Assembly: GCA_964434575.1 (NCBI GenBank)
Contig: CAYSWB010000003.1
Coordinates: 57,266-121,265, forward strand
Direction: 5' to 3'
Length of the DNA stretch: 64,000 bases
From: an uncultured Candidatus Peribacteria bacterium
Lineage (GTDB): Bacteria > Patescibacteriota > Gracilibacteria > Peribacterales > Peribacteraceae
Each line of letters begins with the position of its first letter. Position 1 is the first letter of the stretch. Below are positions 44,634-53,486 of this stretch, in pieces. Under the pieces are notes generated by a model. The model was not told the DNA's origin and did not search any database. It was given only the letters and a program-made list of their open reading frames with translations. The position numbers and the translations under genes were made by a program.

Positions 44634-47030
44634 TTAGAGAATGCCGATGTCGTGCTGTTCCTCGCGGTCCGCTCCCGTGATCGGGTTGGCGGCGGCATGA
44701 ATGCCGGGCAACGGCAGCATGGCCTTCAGTTGTTCGGGCTTGGGCAGCTGCTTGGCGTCGATTCCCCGCTCTTTCCAGAGCGCGCGCAGCACGGCCATGT
44801 ATGTGGCGTCTTCGCGCAGGCGCTCGATGTACGGCTCTGCCTGAACGGCGAAGCGCGTGCTGGGCAGACGCTCGGCCAGGGCGTAGACGGCGGAGACGAA
44901 TGCCTCTTCGCCGCCGGCCAGCCGGTAGGCGAACACGTCCTCCACGCTGTCGGCGATGCTCTCGGCGTCCATGCCGGCAAGGACCATCAGTTCTTCCGAC
45001 GGACCGGAGGGGAAATAGTGACGAACGCCGATGCGCTTAAGCGTGCACGGCAGGTTCAGGTCGGCGACCAGATCGGCCACCTGGCTCGCCAGTCCGCCTT
45101 CGGTGTTGTGGTCCTCGACCACGATGAGGTGCTGGGTCTCCAGCGCGGCGGCGATCACCGCGGCGCTGTCGAGCGGACGGATGCAGGCGACGTTCAGCAC
45201 GCGCACGACGCGGTCGTTGCCGGCCAGCATGTCGGCGGCCTTCACCACCTCGTGCAATGCGGCGCCGTACGACAGGATGGTGGCCTGGTCGCGCTGGTCG
45301 CCGTGCCCGCGGACCACGGTGGCGCGGCCGTCGAACACGTAGTCGGGGCCGTACAGCGGGTTCTTGCCCGCGGCGTCCATCAGCTGAGGATGGTTGGCGC
45401 GTCCGGCGAACACATACACGCTGTCTTTGCCCTCGGCGATGATCTCCATGGAACGCTCCGCCATGGCGGCGGCCTGGTTGCTGTCACCCATCACCCACAC
45501 CTGCGTGTGGTCGAACGGGATGTTCACGTAGTTGCGGTCCTGGTGGGTCTCACCGTCCTCGCCCACGCTCAAGCCGGCATGCGTACAATCGTGCACGACG
45601 CCCAGCGGCACGTGGCCGGAGTTGATATCGATGAGACGGGCGTTGGCACGCGCCTCGTTGGTGCCGAACGCGGCGAAGGTGTACGTCACCGGCAGCATGC
45701 CGGCCTGGCGCATGCCCGCGGCCATCATGTACATGTTGGCTTCGGCCACGCCGACGTTGATCACGCGGTCCGGGAACGCCTTCTCCACCGCGCCGAACCC
45801 GCCGGAGTCGGCCAGGTCGGCGTGGAGCACGACGATGCGCGGATCGCCGGCCATGAGCGCCTTGATGTGCACGGCGCCGAAGTCCTTGCGCGCGCCGCCG
45901 GCTTTGTCCGTGATGACGCGCTTGTAGTCCTTGGGCGTCTTGAACTCCAGGCGGGCACTGGCGCGCTTCTTTCGTGCCGCATCGAACGCCTTCTTGTGCT
46001 TGCTGCGGAACGGCTCGAACGACTTGGCCAGCTCCTCCATGCTCGGCAGGCTCAACGAATCCAGCGCTTGCTTGGCTTCGGCTTCGGAAAGCGGCGAACC
46101 ATGGTAGTTCTTCTTGCCGGTGTTGGAACCCTCTTCCATCAACGGCACGCCGTCACCCATGGTCGTGTAGTAGCAGACGAAAATCGGGTGGCCTTTGCCG
46201 AGCAGTTTCTCCACGGTCTCGTTGGCCGCCACGACCTGCGCATAGTCGTTGCCGTTCTGCACCTCAACCACCGCCCAGCCCATGGCGTGCGCGATGGCCG
46301 GCATGTCGGTGGCGAACGTCTTGGACGGGATGCCCGACAGCTGGATGTCGTTCCAGTCGCCGTGCACCACCAGGTTGTCCAAGTGCAGGTGCGATGCCAA
46401 GCGCATGGCCTCCATGACCTGGCCCTCCTGGCTGTCGCCGTCGGCCAGCAGCACGTCCACAACGCCCTTTTTCTTCAACATCTTCAGTCCGAACGCCACG
46501 CCCATCGCGTTCGACACGCCCTTGCCCAGCGGGCCGGCGCCGAACGGAATGTCACCCACGCCCGCCTCGGCGTGGCCGGGCAGACCGCCCACGGTGCGGA
46601 ACGTGTCCATGATCGCCATCGGGGTCGCCAAACGCTTGTCGGAGCCATCGCGGCCGAAGATCCACTGCAAGTTGTATGCGAGCAAAGACAAATGCCCGGG
46701 GCTCATGCGCAACGCCTGGTCCACGGCGGGATCACGGCGGCGGTAGACTTCGTAGCAGGCGGTGAAGGCCGACAGCGGTCCGCCCGGGTGGCCGGATTTG
46801 TGCTTCAGCGGCGCCTCGATGGACAGGCGCATCATCACCTTGTGGGCGATGTCGTACGCTTTGGCGTCGTCCGCGGAAACCTTGGCGGCGTGCTCGGGAC
46901 CGACCCACTCCCACGGAGCGGTCTCGGCGGCTCCGGCAATGCGCTGGAGCGACATGGGGATCTTCTTGGTGTCGGCGCTTTTCAGCGTCGAAAAATCAGG
47001 GCGTTTGGTCATATGCCCGGAGTGTACCAT
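44634..47030 (-). CDS. tkt: transketolase-family enzyme, unusually long (798 aa)
   Basis: SGHPGGPLS, LADGDSQEGQVMEAMRLASHLHLDNLVV (ThDP motif variant), a pyrimidine-binding domain, and a C-terminal domain. About 100 aa of extra C-terminal sequence and a Lys-rich inter-domain insert are present. The start may be 47030 or 47012. Confidence 0.85.
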   Translation of the reverse strand: MVHSGHMTKRPDFSTLKSADTKKIPMSLQRIAGAAETAPWEWVGPEHAAKVSADDAKAYDIAHKVMMRLSIEAPLKHKSGHPGGPLSAFTACYEVYRRRDPAVDQALRMSPGHLSLLAYNLQWIFGRDGSDKRLATPMAIMDTFRTVGGLPGHAEAGVGDIPFGAGPLGKGVSNAMGVAFGLKMLKKKGVVDVLLADGDSQEGQVMEAMRLASHLHLDNLVVHGDWNDIQLSGIPSKTFATDMPAIAHAMGWAVVEVQNGNDYAQVVAANETVEKLLGKGHPIFVCYYTTMGDGVPLMEEGSNTGKKNYHGSPLSEAEAKQALDSLSLPSMEELAKSFEPFRSKHKKAFDAARKKRASARLEFKTPKDYKRVITDKAGGARKDFGAVHIKALMAGDPRIVVLHADLADSGGFGAVEKAFPDRVINVGVAEANMYMMAAGMRQAGMLPVTYTFAAFGTNEARANARLIDINSGHVPLGVVHDCTHAGLSVGEDGETHQDRNYVNIPFDHTQVWVMGDSNQAAAMAERSMEIIAEGKDSVYVFAGRANHPQLMDAAGKNPLYGPDYVFDGRATVVRGHGDQRDQATILSYGAALHEVVKAADMLAGNDRVVRVLNVACIRPLDSAAVIAAALETQHLIVVEDHNTEGGLASQVADLVADLNLPCTLKRIGVRHYFPSGPSEELMVLAGMDAESIADSVEDVFAYRLAGGEEAFVSAVYALAERLPSTRFAVQAEPYIERLREDATYMAVLRALWKERGIDAKQLPKPEQLKAMLPLPGIHAAANPITGADREEQHDIGIL

Positions 47031-47043
47031 GACCGCCGCCGCC

Positions 47044-47334
47044 TTACTCCTTGGTCTCCACCACGTCCTTCTTATGACCGTGCTTCTTGTGCTTTTTGGC
47101 CTTCTCGCCCTCCTTCATACCGTCCACGAAGCCCGACAGCCACTCCACGCCGTAGTCGATCATGCCCAGGGGCTTGAGGATGATGGTCTCCACTTCCTTG
47201 CTCAGGTAATCCAGGCGCTCGGTCAGCTTGCGGATGTACACCGACACGAAAATCATGTTGTAGAGCACGATGATCAGCAAGGCCACGGCCAAGATGAGCA
47301 TGAGCGTCAGGACGTCGTTGTAGGTGAGCTGCAT
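47044..47334 (-). CDS. small membrane-anchored protein with basic His/Lys tail
   Basis: Start at MQLTYNDVLTLMLILAVALLIIVLY. TACACT (47341-47346) lies 6 nt upstream of the ATG. Confidence 0.55.
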   Translation of the reverse strand: MQLTYNDVLTLMLILAVALLIIVLYNMIFVSVYIRKLTERLDYLSKEVETIILKPLGMIDYGVEWLSGFVDGMKEGEKAKKHKKHGHKKDVVETKE

Positions 47335-47362
47335 GGAACGAGTGTAAACTGACCGCATCTGC

Positions 47363-47647
47363 ATGCGCAATCCACTGCCCGTCCTTCTCCGGCTGCCCGC
47401 AAGCTTGTTGGTGCTGACAATTAAGGTATACCAGCGCACGTTGTCGCCGGACCACGGTCCGCTGCGTGTCTTGTGGCCGCACGGCTACTGCCGACACTCC
47501 CCCACCTGCTCGCAGTACGGCATCGATGTCCTGAAAACACGCGCGCTCCCTGTCGCCCTGTGGCTGACGATCAAGCGTATTTTGTCCTGTAACCCCTGGA
47601 ATAAGCCCTCGGATGCCCGTTTGAAGGAAATCATCGCGAGGGGATGA
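47363..47647 (+). CDS. yidD: membrane protein insertion efficiency factor YidD
   Basis: LVLTIKVYQRTLSP....CRHSPTCSQYGIDVLK...LWLTIKRILSCNPW is the canonical YidD signature. Confidence 0.9.
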   Translation: MRNPLPVLLRLPASLLVLTIKVYQRTLSPDHGPLRVLWPHGYCRHSPTCSQYGIDVLKTRALPVALWLTIKRILSCNPWNKPSDARLKEIIARG

Positions 47648-47681
47648 ACCGCGAAAATTGTTCTGGTATCATGCGCGACGC

Positions 47682-47756
47682 GCGGGTGTCGTATAATGGC
47701 TATTACCTCAGGTTTCCAACCTGATGACGCGGGTTCGATTCCCGCCACCCGCTCCA
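47682..47756 (+). tRNA. tRNA-Gly (anticodon UCC)
   Basis: 75-nt cloverleaf: GCGGGTG..GTAT-AATGGCT-A-TTAC..TCAGG-TTTCCAA-CCTGA..GCGGG-TTCGATT-CCCGC-CACCCGC-T-CCA. Confidence 0.9.
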
Positions 47757-47826
47757 GCCTGATGGCTGGAGCACGCTCGCCTGACACCGTCGCGATGAAG
47801 ATGGCACAATGTTAAGACGCCATTCG

Positions 47827-47853
47827 AAAACAGGGCTCGCGAGGCCTTTTTTT
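47827..47853 (+). terminator. possible terminator after tRNA-Gly
   Basis: Short GC stem (ggctcgcgaggcc) flanked by aaaa and 7 T. The stem is weak. Confidence 0.35.
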
Positions 47854-47928
47854 CTTACGCCCCATCCCCAACCCTTCTCAGAGGAAGGGAGCTCTGATCA
47901 GGGAAATGCGCGAGTGTATACTTGCCCC

Positions 47929-48840
47929 ATGCGCACGCCGTCCGTTTCGATCTTCATCGGCCTGCTGATCGCCGCTTCGCCCACGCTCGCCGCGCGCGAC
48001 CGAAGCATCGTCCGTCCCCCGTCGTCGAACCAGGCCGTGCAGGAACACATGAAAGGCATCGTGGTGAAGAACCCCGTGGACGGCGAGGCGCTGGAGCCCG
48101 GCACCGCGCTGACCATCGTCTTCACGACATCGGGTTTGGACACAACGCTGGAAGGCAAGGTGCTGATGATGGCAGAACTACTGAAGGACGGCACATCGCT
48201 CGGCCCGGCGCATAACCTCAGCGTTCCCCTCTTCCAGAGGGCCAACGTGCAGACGCAGAGCATCGGCGTGTCGGCGGGCAAGCATCTGTCCGGATCGTCG
48301 CTCGTATCCGCCGCAAGCGGCGGCGGCTACCGCTACCGCGTGTCCCTGTACACCGGCGACTGGAAGGCGACTCCGACCATCATCATGTCGGGCCTCAGCG
48401 GGACGTTTTCCCTGGGGGTCAAACCCGAACGGGTGGGCATCCCCGTCGTGACCGTCACGCGCCCGGTCGTCGGCGCATCGTACAAGCTCGGCGCCGGGGA
48501 GAATGTGACCTTCCAAGTGAAGAACTCGGACCCAAGCATGCACGGCCGCCTGAAGTACGCCGTGGAGCTTGTCCACAACGCCTCGAACCTGGGAACGACC
48601 CACGACCCGCGCGCGTCGTTGCTGCCCAGGCTCGGCGGAGCGAACAACCGCCTGGACGTGACGGTCGGGTCGTACGTGGACGCCAAGGCCTCGCTGAAGC
48701 GCACCGCCCCTCCGGGCTCCACCTATCAGTACCGCGTGACGGTCTACACCGGCGAATGGACCAAGTCACCCACGGTCGTTGCATCGGGTCTCAGTGCGCC
48801 GTTTACCTTAAAGCGCTACCGTCCGCGCATACAACCCTAA
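47929..48840 (+). CDS. secreted protein built from two ~125-aa tandem domains
   Basis: Start at MRTPSVSIFIGLLIAASPTLAA, with TATACT at 47917-47922 lying 6 nt upstream. The halves end ...YRYRVSLYTGDWKATPTIIMSGLSGTFSL and ...YQYRVTVYTGEWTKSPTVVASGLSAPFTL. Confidence 0.7.
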   Translation: MRTPSVSIFIGLLIAASPTLAARDRSIVRPPSSNQAVQEHMKGIVVKNPVDGEALEPGTALTIVFTTSGLDTTLEGKVLMMAELLKDGTSLGPAHNLSVPLFQRANVQTQSIGVSAGKHLSGSSLVSAASGGGYRYRVSLYTGDWKATPTIIMSGLSGTFSLGVKPERVGIPVVTVTRPVVGASYKLGAGENVTFQVKNSDPSMHGRLKYAVELVHNASNLGTTHDPRASLLPRLGGANNRLDVTVGSYVDAKASLKRTAPPGSTYQYRVTVYTGEWTKSPTVVASGLSAPFTLKRYRPRIQP

Positions 48841-48864
48841 CTTCATGCGCATCTACTGACCCTA

Positions 48865-49275
48865 GTGCGCAAGGGCCTAATCTCGGTCACACTGATACTG
48901 CTGGCGTACGGCTTGTTTGCTGGAGTTCGCATGTTCCTGCTCATTCGCAACAGTGCTGACCTGTTAGAAAAGAGTAGCCGCTACGAACGACACACCAGCA
49001 GCGGCCTGCCACGCATTCTTATCCTCGGCGACAGTACGGGTGCTGGAGCAGGTGTTGAAGATCCGAAATCCTTGATTGCGGGAAGGTTCGGCACCGACTT
49101 CTCGCAGGCGTACATTCAGAACGAAAGCGTAAATGACTGAAAAGTGGCTGACGCCTTGGAAGACTTGCCTGAAGCACAAGAAAAGAAGTTTGAGATCATC
49201 CTGCTGCAGATCGGCGCCAATGACATCATGCAGGGAGCGCATACAGATATCTCTCAACATGCAAATCATCCCTAG
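48865..49275 (+). pseudogene. SGNH/GDSL-hydrolase remnant: in-frame TGA and missing C-terminus
   Basis: Block I is ILILGDSTGAGAG, and block III is LLQIGANDI after an in-frame TGA at 49138-49140. The reading frame ends at 49275 before any block V (DxxH). GC is visibly lower than the flanks. Confidence 0.65.
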
Positions 49276-49374
49276 CTTCGCACAACGTGCATGACAAGTT
49301 TTAGCTTCGAAATTTGCAATCGAAGAAGGGCTTGAATTTTTACTCTGCCGTGGATGACATGTAGTATCGAAGCA

Positions 49375-50340
49375 ATGAAATCATTAAAGCTGCAGCCTCG
49401 CATGCGTGCCGGAATTCTGTTTCTATTATGCATCGCCATGTTGTCGGCTATCGTTTTCCTTCAGCAAAAAAATATTTTGAAAATACATGAAGGCGAATTC
49501 ACCGGAAATCTGATGGAGGAAAAAGATTGTAAGCTAGAAGTTATCGATGGATTGATTCAGCAATGCTGCAAGATCAAATACAGTCCTTATTATACTTGCC
49601 AATACTATGCCAATACCTTTGTTGAACTATGCAAGGATCAACAATTGCAGTGTCAGGTGCTGAGCATCGGCTGCATGGAAAAAGAATATGCACATTCTCT
49701 CAACACCATAGTCATAGATGGAACACTTTGTATCGTAGAGCCTCAGGGACGCGTAATCAGTTGTGATGTTGGCACACCAGAAAAATTCCAGGCAGCAGTC
49801 TGTACTGCCATGGGCTTACCAAGTCCCTGCAATTGCAAATACACACTGTCTTCTTCTCAGGAAGTCGGCGATTACTCCAGTTGCAGCATGAGCATGCCAT
49901 ATGGAAAGATTTCTTGGTCAGAGAAGCTTGCAATCTGCAATGATTGCTGCGACAAACAAGCAGATGGAGAATACTGCAAAATATTTCCACAGTGTTCGGC
50001 CTGGCAGCAGGACTGCTATGCAAGTTGTCATTCAATGTTAAATACATATGTATGCCCAAAGAAAAACGATGACGCTGTAACGCCAACTTGCGTGAAAGGA
50101 TATGTACCTAGAACGTGTGACCCTAAAACATGTAAACAAGAATACAATACCGGTTTTTGCATGAATCCTTCGGGCGGACCTTGCAAGACTATCGAGCTAA
50201 CTTGTGAAAATCCTGCAAAGAACTGTGAAAATCCTTCTGGGCCAATACTTTTGCCCAATCTAAAAACCTGTCAACAACGATGTGGTAATGACATCGAGTG
50301 TCTTAAGGGCTGTCCAAAGATTACTCCCATTACAGAGTAG
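49375..50340 (+). CDS. secreted Cys-rich protein with N-terminal transglutaminase/papain-like Cys-His-Glu core
   Basis: 321 aa from MKSLKLQPRMRAGILFLLCIAMLSAIVFL. I count 33 Cys. YTC(75)QYYANTFVELC...YAH(107)SLNTIVIDGTLCIVE(122)PQ follows the TGase-core pattern. GC is about 40% on sampled lines. TAGTAT at 49362-49367 lies 7 nt before the ATG. Confidence 0.7.
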   Translation: MKSLKLQPRMRAGILFLLCIAMLSAIVFLQQKNILKIHEGEFTGNLMEEKDCKLEVIDGLIQQCCKIKYSPYYTCQYYANTFVELCKDQQLQCQVLSIGCMEKEYAHSLNTIVIDGTLCIVEPQGRVISCDVGTPEKFQAAVCTAMGLPSPCNCKYTLSSSQEVGDYSSCSMSMPYGKISWSEKLAICNDCCDKQADGEYCKIFPQCSAWQQDCYASCHSMLNTYVCPKKNDDAVTPTCVKGYVPRTCDPKTCKQEYNTGFCMNPSGGPCKTIELTCENPAKNCENPSGPILLPNLKTCQQRCGNDIECLKGCPKITPITE

Positions 50341-50350
50341 AAAATGAGTA

Positions 50351-51109
50351 TCATGGCAGCACTTTCTCCAGCTTGGTGTCGTCGGTCATCATGATGCGCG
50401 GCAGTTTCATCAGGTCGTCTTTGGACGTCGCCCAGCGCGGGTCCATGATCGTGCCGGTCACGTAACCGGCCGTAGCGGCGTGCTCGCGCACGGTCTTGTT
50501 ATGCGCGGTGCCCGGGTATGCGATGTGCCGCACCGGCTTGCCGGTCAACTCTTCCAGCACGCGCTTGCTTTCGGTGAGCTCGGCGTCCAATCGCTTCATG
50601 TTCACGGCGGTCAGCACCGGATGCGCGATGGTATGCGACTGGATGCTCATGCCCTTGGCAACCAGATCTTTGACGCGCTCGCGGTCGATGGTCGTTTTGG
50701 TATCGAGCTTGTTGGTGATGATGTAGTACGTGGCGGTCTGTTTGCGCGCCAGCATGACCGGGAGCGCCACGTCGTACGCGGTGAGGTTGTTGTCATCGAA
50801 CGTGATGACGACCGGTTTGGCCGGGCCGGCCTGCTTGCCCTGCAGAATGGCGGCGGCCGTATCCAGGTCCACGGTCGTGTAGCCCTTGTCCACCAGCCAC
50901 TGCATCTGTTTTTCGAACGTCGCTGGCGTCACCGACATCTTCCAGCTCCAGGTGCTCTTGGCATAACCCTTGGTCGGCCGCACGTGGTGGTACACCAGGA
51001 TGGGCACCTTCACGGCCGGCACGGCGGGCACAGAGGAAGAAGCCGCGCCCTCGGCGGACGGCACGGCAAAAAGAAGGATGAACGCGAGCAGCAGGCTGAG
51101 ACGGCGCAT
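50351..51109 (-). CDS. polysaccharide deacetylase (CE4/NodB) with signal peptide
   Basis: VVITFDDNNLTAY and SHTIAHP NodB motifs. Start set at MRRLSLLLAFILLF because TACACT (51117-51122) lies 7 nt upstream. The track's GTG at 51136 is rejected. Confidence 0.85.
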   Translation of the reverse strand: MRRLSLLLAFILLFAVPSAEGAASSSVPAVPAVKVPILVYHHVRPTKGYAKSTWSWKMSVTPATFEKQMQWLVDKGYTTVDLDTAAAILQGKQAGPAKPVVITFDDNNLTAYDVALPVMLARKQTATYYIITNKLDTKTTIDRERVKDLVAKGMSIQSHTIAHPVLTAVNMKRLDAELTESKRVLEELTGKPVRHIAYPGTAHNKTVREHAATAGYVTGTIMDPRWATSKDDLMKLPRIMMTDDTKLEKVLP

Positions 51110-51176
51110 GGACGACAGTGTAGCCAAAGGCCGCACGGATTCGATTGCGCGCGGACACGACAGGTTGTTTGGAATC

Positions 51177-51204
51177 TTGCGCCGCAGAACGGATGACGCA
51201 AAAT
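51177..51204 (+). promoter_or_regulatory. promoter, leaderless type
   Basis: TTGCGC-16 nt-CAAAAT, then 6 nt, then the ATG at 51211. Confidence 0.4.
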
Positions 51205-51210
51205 ACGCCC

Positions 51211-51390
51211 ATGCGTATTCTCCTTCTGTTGTTGGTCGCGCTCGCCGTTGGCGGCGGCGTCTTTTACGTCATGAGCGGCCAGCAACAAGCAACGCTGGTG
51301 AAGGTGCAGGACAGCCAGAACTCGGCGCAGGACAAAGCCGACGCCTACAAGAAAAACCAAGAAGACATGATGAAGCAGCTGGGGCAGTAA
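51211..51390 (+). CDS. small membrane-anchored protein (59 aa)
   Basis: MRILLLLLVALAVGGGVFYVM followed by a Gln/Lys/Asp-rich tail. Confidence 0.5.
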   Translation: MRILLLLLVALAVGGGVFYVMSGQQQATLVKVQDSQNSAQDKADAYKKNQEDMMKQLGQ

Positions 51391-51494
51391 GCTTGGCCCA
51401 ACGAGTCCGCCGGACGCCGTGATCCCGCTCGCGCATTGGGCGTTTCTTGTAAGGCGGCCCAACGCCAATGGATGGCCGTGACATGAGACGATTA

Positions 51495-51523
51495 TTGACA
51501 ATAATTTGCTATTATTTTATATT
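51495..51523 (+). promoter_or_regulatory. sigma70-like promoter in an AT-rich block
   Basis: TTGACA-17 nt-TATATT. Its ~28-nt leader carries AGGTGA 5 nt before the ATG at 51557, one of the few clear SD sites in the window. Confidence 0.55.
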
Positions 51524-51556
51524 TTCTTTATCGCCCATTTGATCCACAGGTGATGT

Positions 51557-51895
51557 ATGTCGGTAGACAACGCGGAAGCCATCCGGCTGATCGAAGCGCT
51601 CGAAAAAGTCGGAGTGCTCGATGCGAACGGGGGAATCACGGTGGCAAACGGCCGTTGGGGAAAGGATATGGAGTGTTTCCAGATAGGAGACATCACCATC
51701 CGCCTGACCCATGGTCGATTGTCGCTGAGCGGCAGCCTGCACACCGTCTGGCACGGCATTGCCACGTCGAATGCAGGAAGCTATGACCCCGATCGTGGCC
51801 CGGCAGGCTTCGCCGAGTTGATCGCCAAAGCATCCAAGGACGCTGCCAGTCGGCAGTGTGACCACGATACCCGCGTCTACGGAAACGAATGGTAG
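51557..51895 (+). CDS. hypothetical protein (112 aa)
   Basis: ORF with a classical promoter plus SD. No family recognised. Confidence 0.55.
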   Translation: MSVDNAEAIRLIEALEKVGVLDANGGITVANGRWGKDMECFQIGDITIRLTHGRLSLSGSLHTVWHGIATSNAGSYDPDRGPAGFAELIAKASKDAASRQCDHDTRVYGNEW

Positions 51896-51962
51896 ACAGA
51901 CGCGCGGACAGTGCAACGCAATGGGACGCGCCGAGTTCGCAAGAGCTCGGCATTTCTCCGTG

Positions 51963-53417
51963 CTATAACGCCCCGAGATCGAGCTGGTCGGTGACGTGCA
52001 CCTGATTCACGAACTCCTGGTCGTGGCTGATGAGGATCATGCCGCCTTGGTATTCGTTCAGCGCCTCGGCGATCACCGGGATGTGGCGGAAGTTGATGTG
52101 GTTGGTCGGCTCGTCGAGGATCAGGAGGCTGGGCTTCTGCAGCACGAAGCGCGCAAAACACAGCAGGCCCTTCTGGCCTTCGGATAACGCGCCGGCCTTG
52201 GTCTGCACCTTGTCACCCGGCAGCAGGAACTTCGCGGCGGTGGCGAAGATCTCCTGATGGTTGGGCTTCTCCATGGCGGACTCCAGAATCTGGTAGGCGG
52301 TCTTGTCCAGGTCCAGTCCGGAGAAATCCTGGCGGTAGTAACCCACGTTCACGCCGGGGCCCAGCAGCGCTCCCTTTTCCTTACCCGACGCGATGGACTC
52401 CAAGAGCGTGGTCTTGCCGATGCCGTTGGGGCCGATGACGCGCACGCGCGTGCGGCGCCGGATCACCAGCTCGCGCTTCTTCTTCACCGGCTTGTGGTCC
52501 TTCATCACCGTGACGGAGCTGATTTGCACCAGCGGCTGCGAGTACTCCTGCGCCGCGATGGTGAACGACGGGATGGTCTTGTCCTCCTTGCGCACGTCGA
52601 CCATGTTCTCCTCCGCCTCTTCCACGGTGTCGCGCATCTTGCTGGCCAGTTTGCGCATCTTTCCGCCCTTGTGGGAGAAGAAGTTGATCTTGTCCTTCTG
52701 ATCCTGGATTTTGCGTTCCATCTGGGCGTTCTGGCGGTTCTCGCGCTCGATCTGCGCCTTGATCTGTTCGACCACGTCGTAGTAGTCGCCCACGAACTGC
52801 TCCACCTTCTGGATGAACGCGTCGAGGTACAACACGCCCTGGGTGAAGCTGTTTAAGAAGCCGGCGTCGTGGGAGATCACCACGCACGTCTTTTCGTACA
52901 TGATGAGGAACGACGTCAGGTGTCCGATGCCCTCGTCGTCCAAGTTGTTGGTCGGCTCGTCCAGCAGCAGGATGTCGGGCTCCTGGATGAGCGCGAATGC
53001 CAGCAGCAGGCGGGCCTTCTGGCCACCGGAGAACGCGGCGATTTTCTTGTCCAGCGGCGCCTTCAGGTTCACGGCGTCCAGCACCTTGGCGATGTGCTTG
53101 TCGATGTCGTACTTCTTTTCATCGAACGCGCCCTCGAAGAACTCGCGCACCGTCTTTTCCAGGTCGGCGGCCGGCACCACCTGGCGCGCGATGCCGATGG
53201 TCGTCCCCTTCTTGATGTGGATCTCGCCCTTCACCGGCTTCAGTTCGCCGGTCATCAGCTTGAAGATGGTGCTCTTCCCGGCGCCGTTCTGTCCCATGAT
53301 CGTGATCTTGGCGTTCTCGCGCACGGAAAAGCTCGTATCCTTCAGGATCGGCTTTTGCACGTCGTAATAGTACGACACGTCCTGGAACCGGAGAATAACG
53401 TCGCCTTGGTCTTCCAT
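51963..53417 (-). CDS. ABC-F family ATPase (two ABC domains, no TM domain)
   Basis: Start at MEDQGDVILRFQDVSYYY. Walker A GQNGAGKST and GPNGIGKTT, with signatures FSGGQKARL and LSEGQKGLL. Confidence 0.9.
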   Translation of the reverse strand: MEDQGDVILRFQDVSYYYDVQKPILKDTSFSVRENAKITIMGQNGAGKSTIFKLMTGELKPVKGEIHIKKGTTIGIARQVVPAADLEKTVREFFEGAFDEKKYDIDKHIAKVLDAVNLKAPLDKKIAAFSGGQKARLLLAFALIQEPDILLLDEPTNNLDDEGIGHLTSFLIMYEKTCVVISHDAGFLNSFTQGVLYLDAFIQKVEQFVGDYYDVVEQIKAQIERENRQNAQMERKIQDQKDKINFFSHKGGKMRKLASKMRDTVEEAEENMVDVRKEDKTIPSFTIAAQEYSQPLVQISSVTVMKDHKPVKKKRELVIRRRTRVRVIGPNGIGKTTLLESIASGKEKGALLGPGVNVGYYRQDFSGLDLDKTAYQILESAMEKPNHQEIFATAAKFLLPGDKVQTKAGALSEGQKGLLCFARFVLQKPSLLILDEPTNHINFRHIPVIAEALNEYQGGMILISHDQEFVNQVHVTDQLDLGAL

Positions 53418-53486
53418 AGTGGTAAAGCGCGGATGGGAAACCCCGCGAGGCGGCATTCTAGGGAAAAAACCCGCTGATGGGTAGGC

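Noticed and set aside
47757-50350. Classical integrative island with integrase and attL/attR at tRNA-Gly(UCC)
   Set aside because: No integrase or transposase-like ORF and no repeat of the tRNA 3' end could be found by eye. Only the compositional anomaly is reported.
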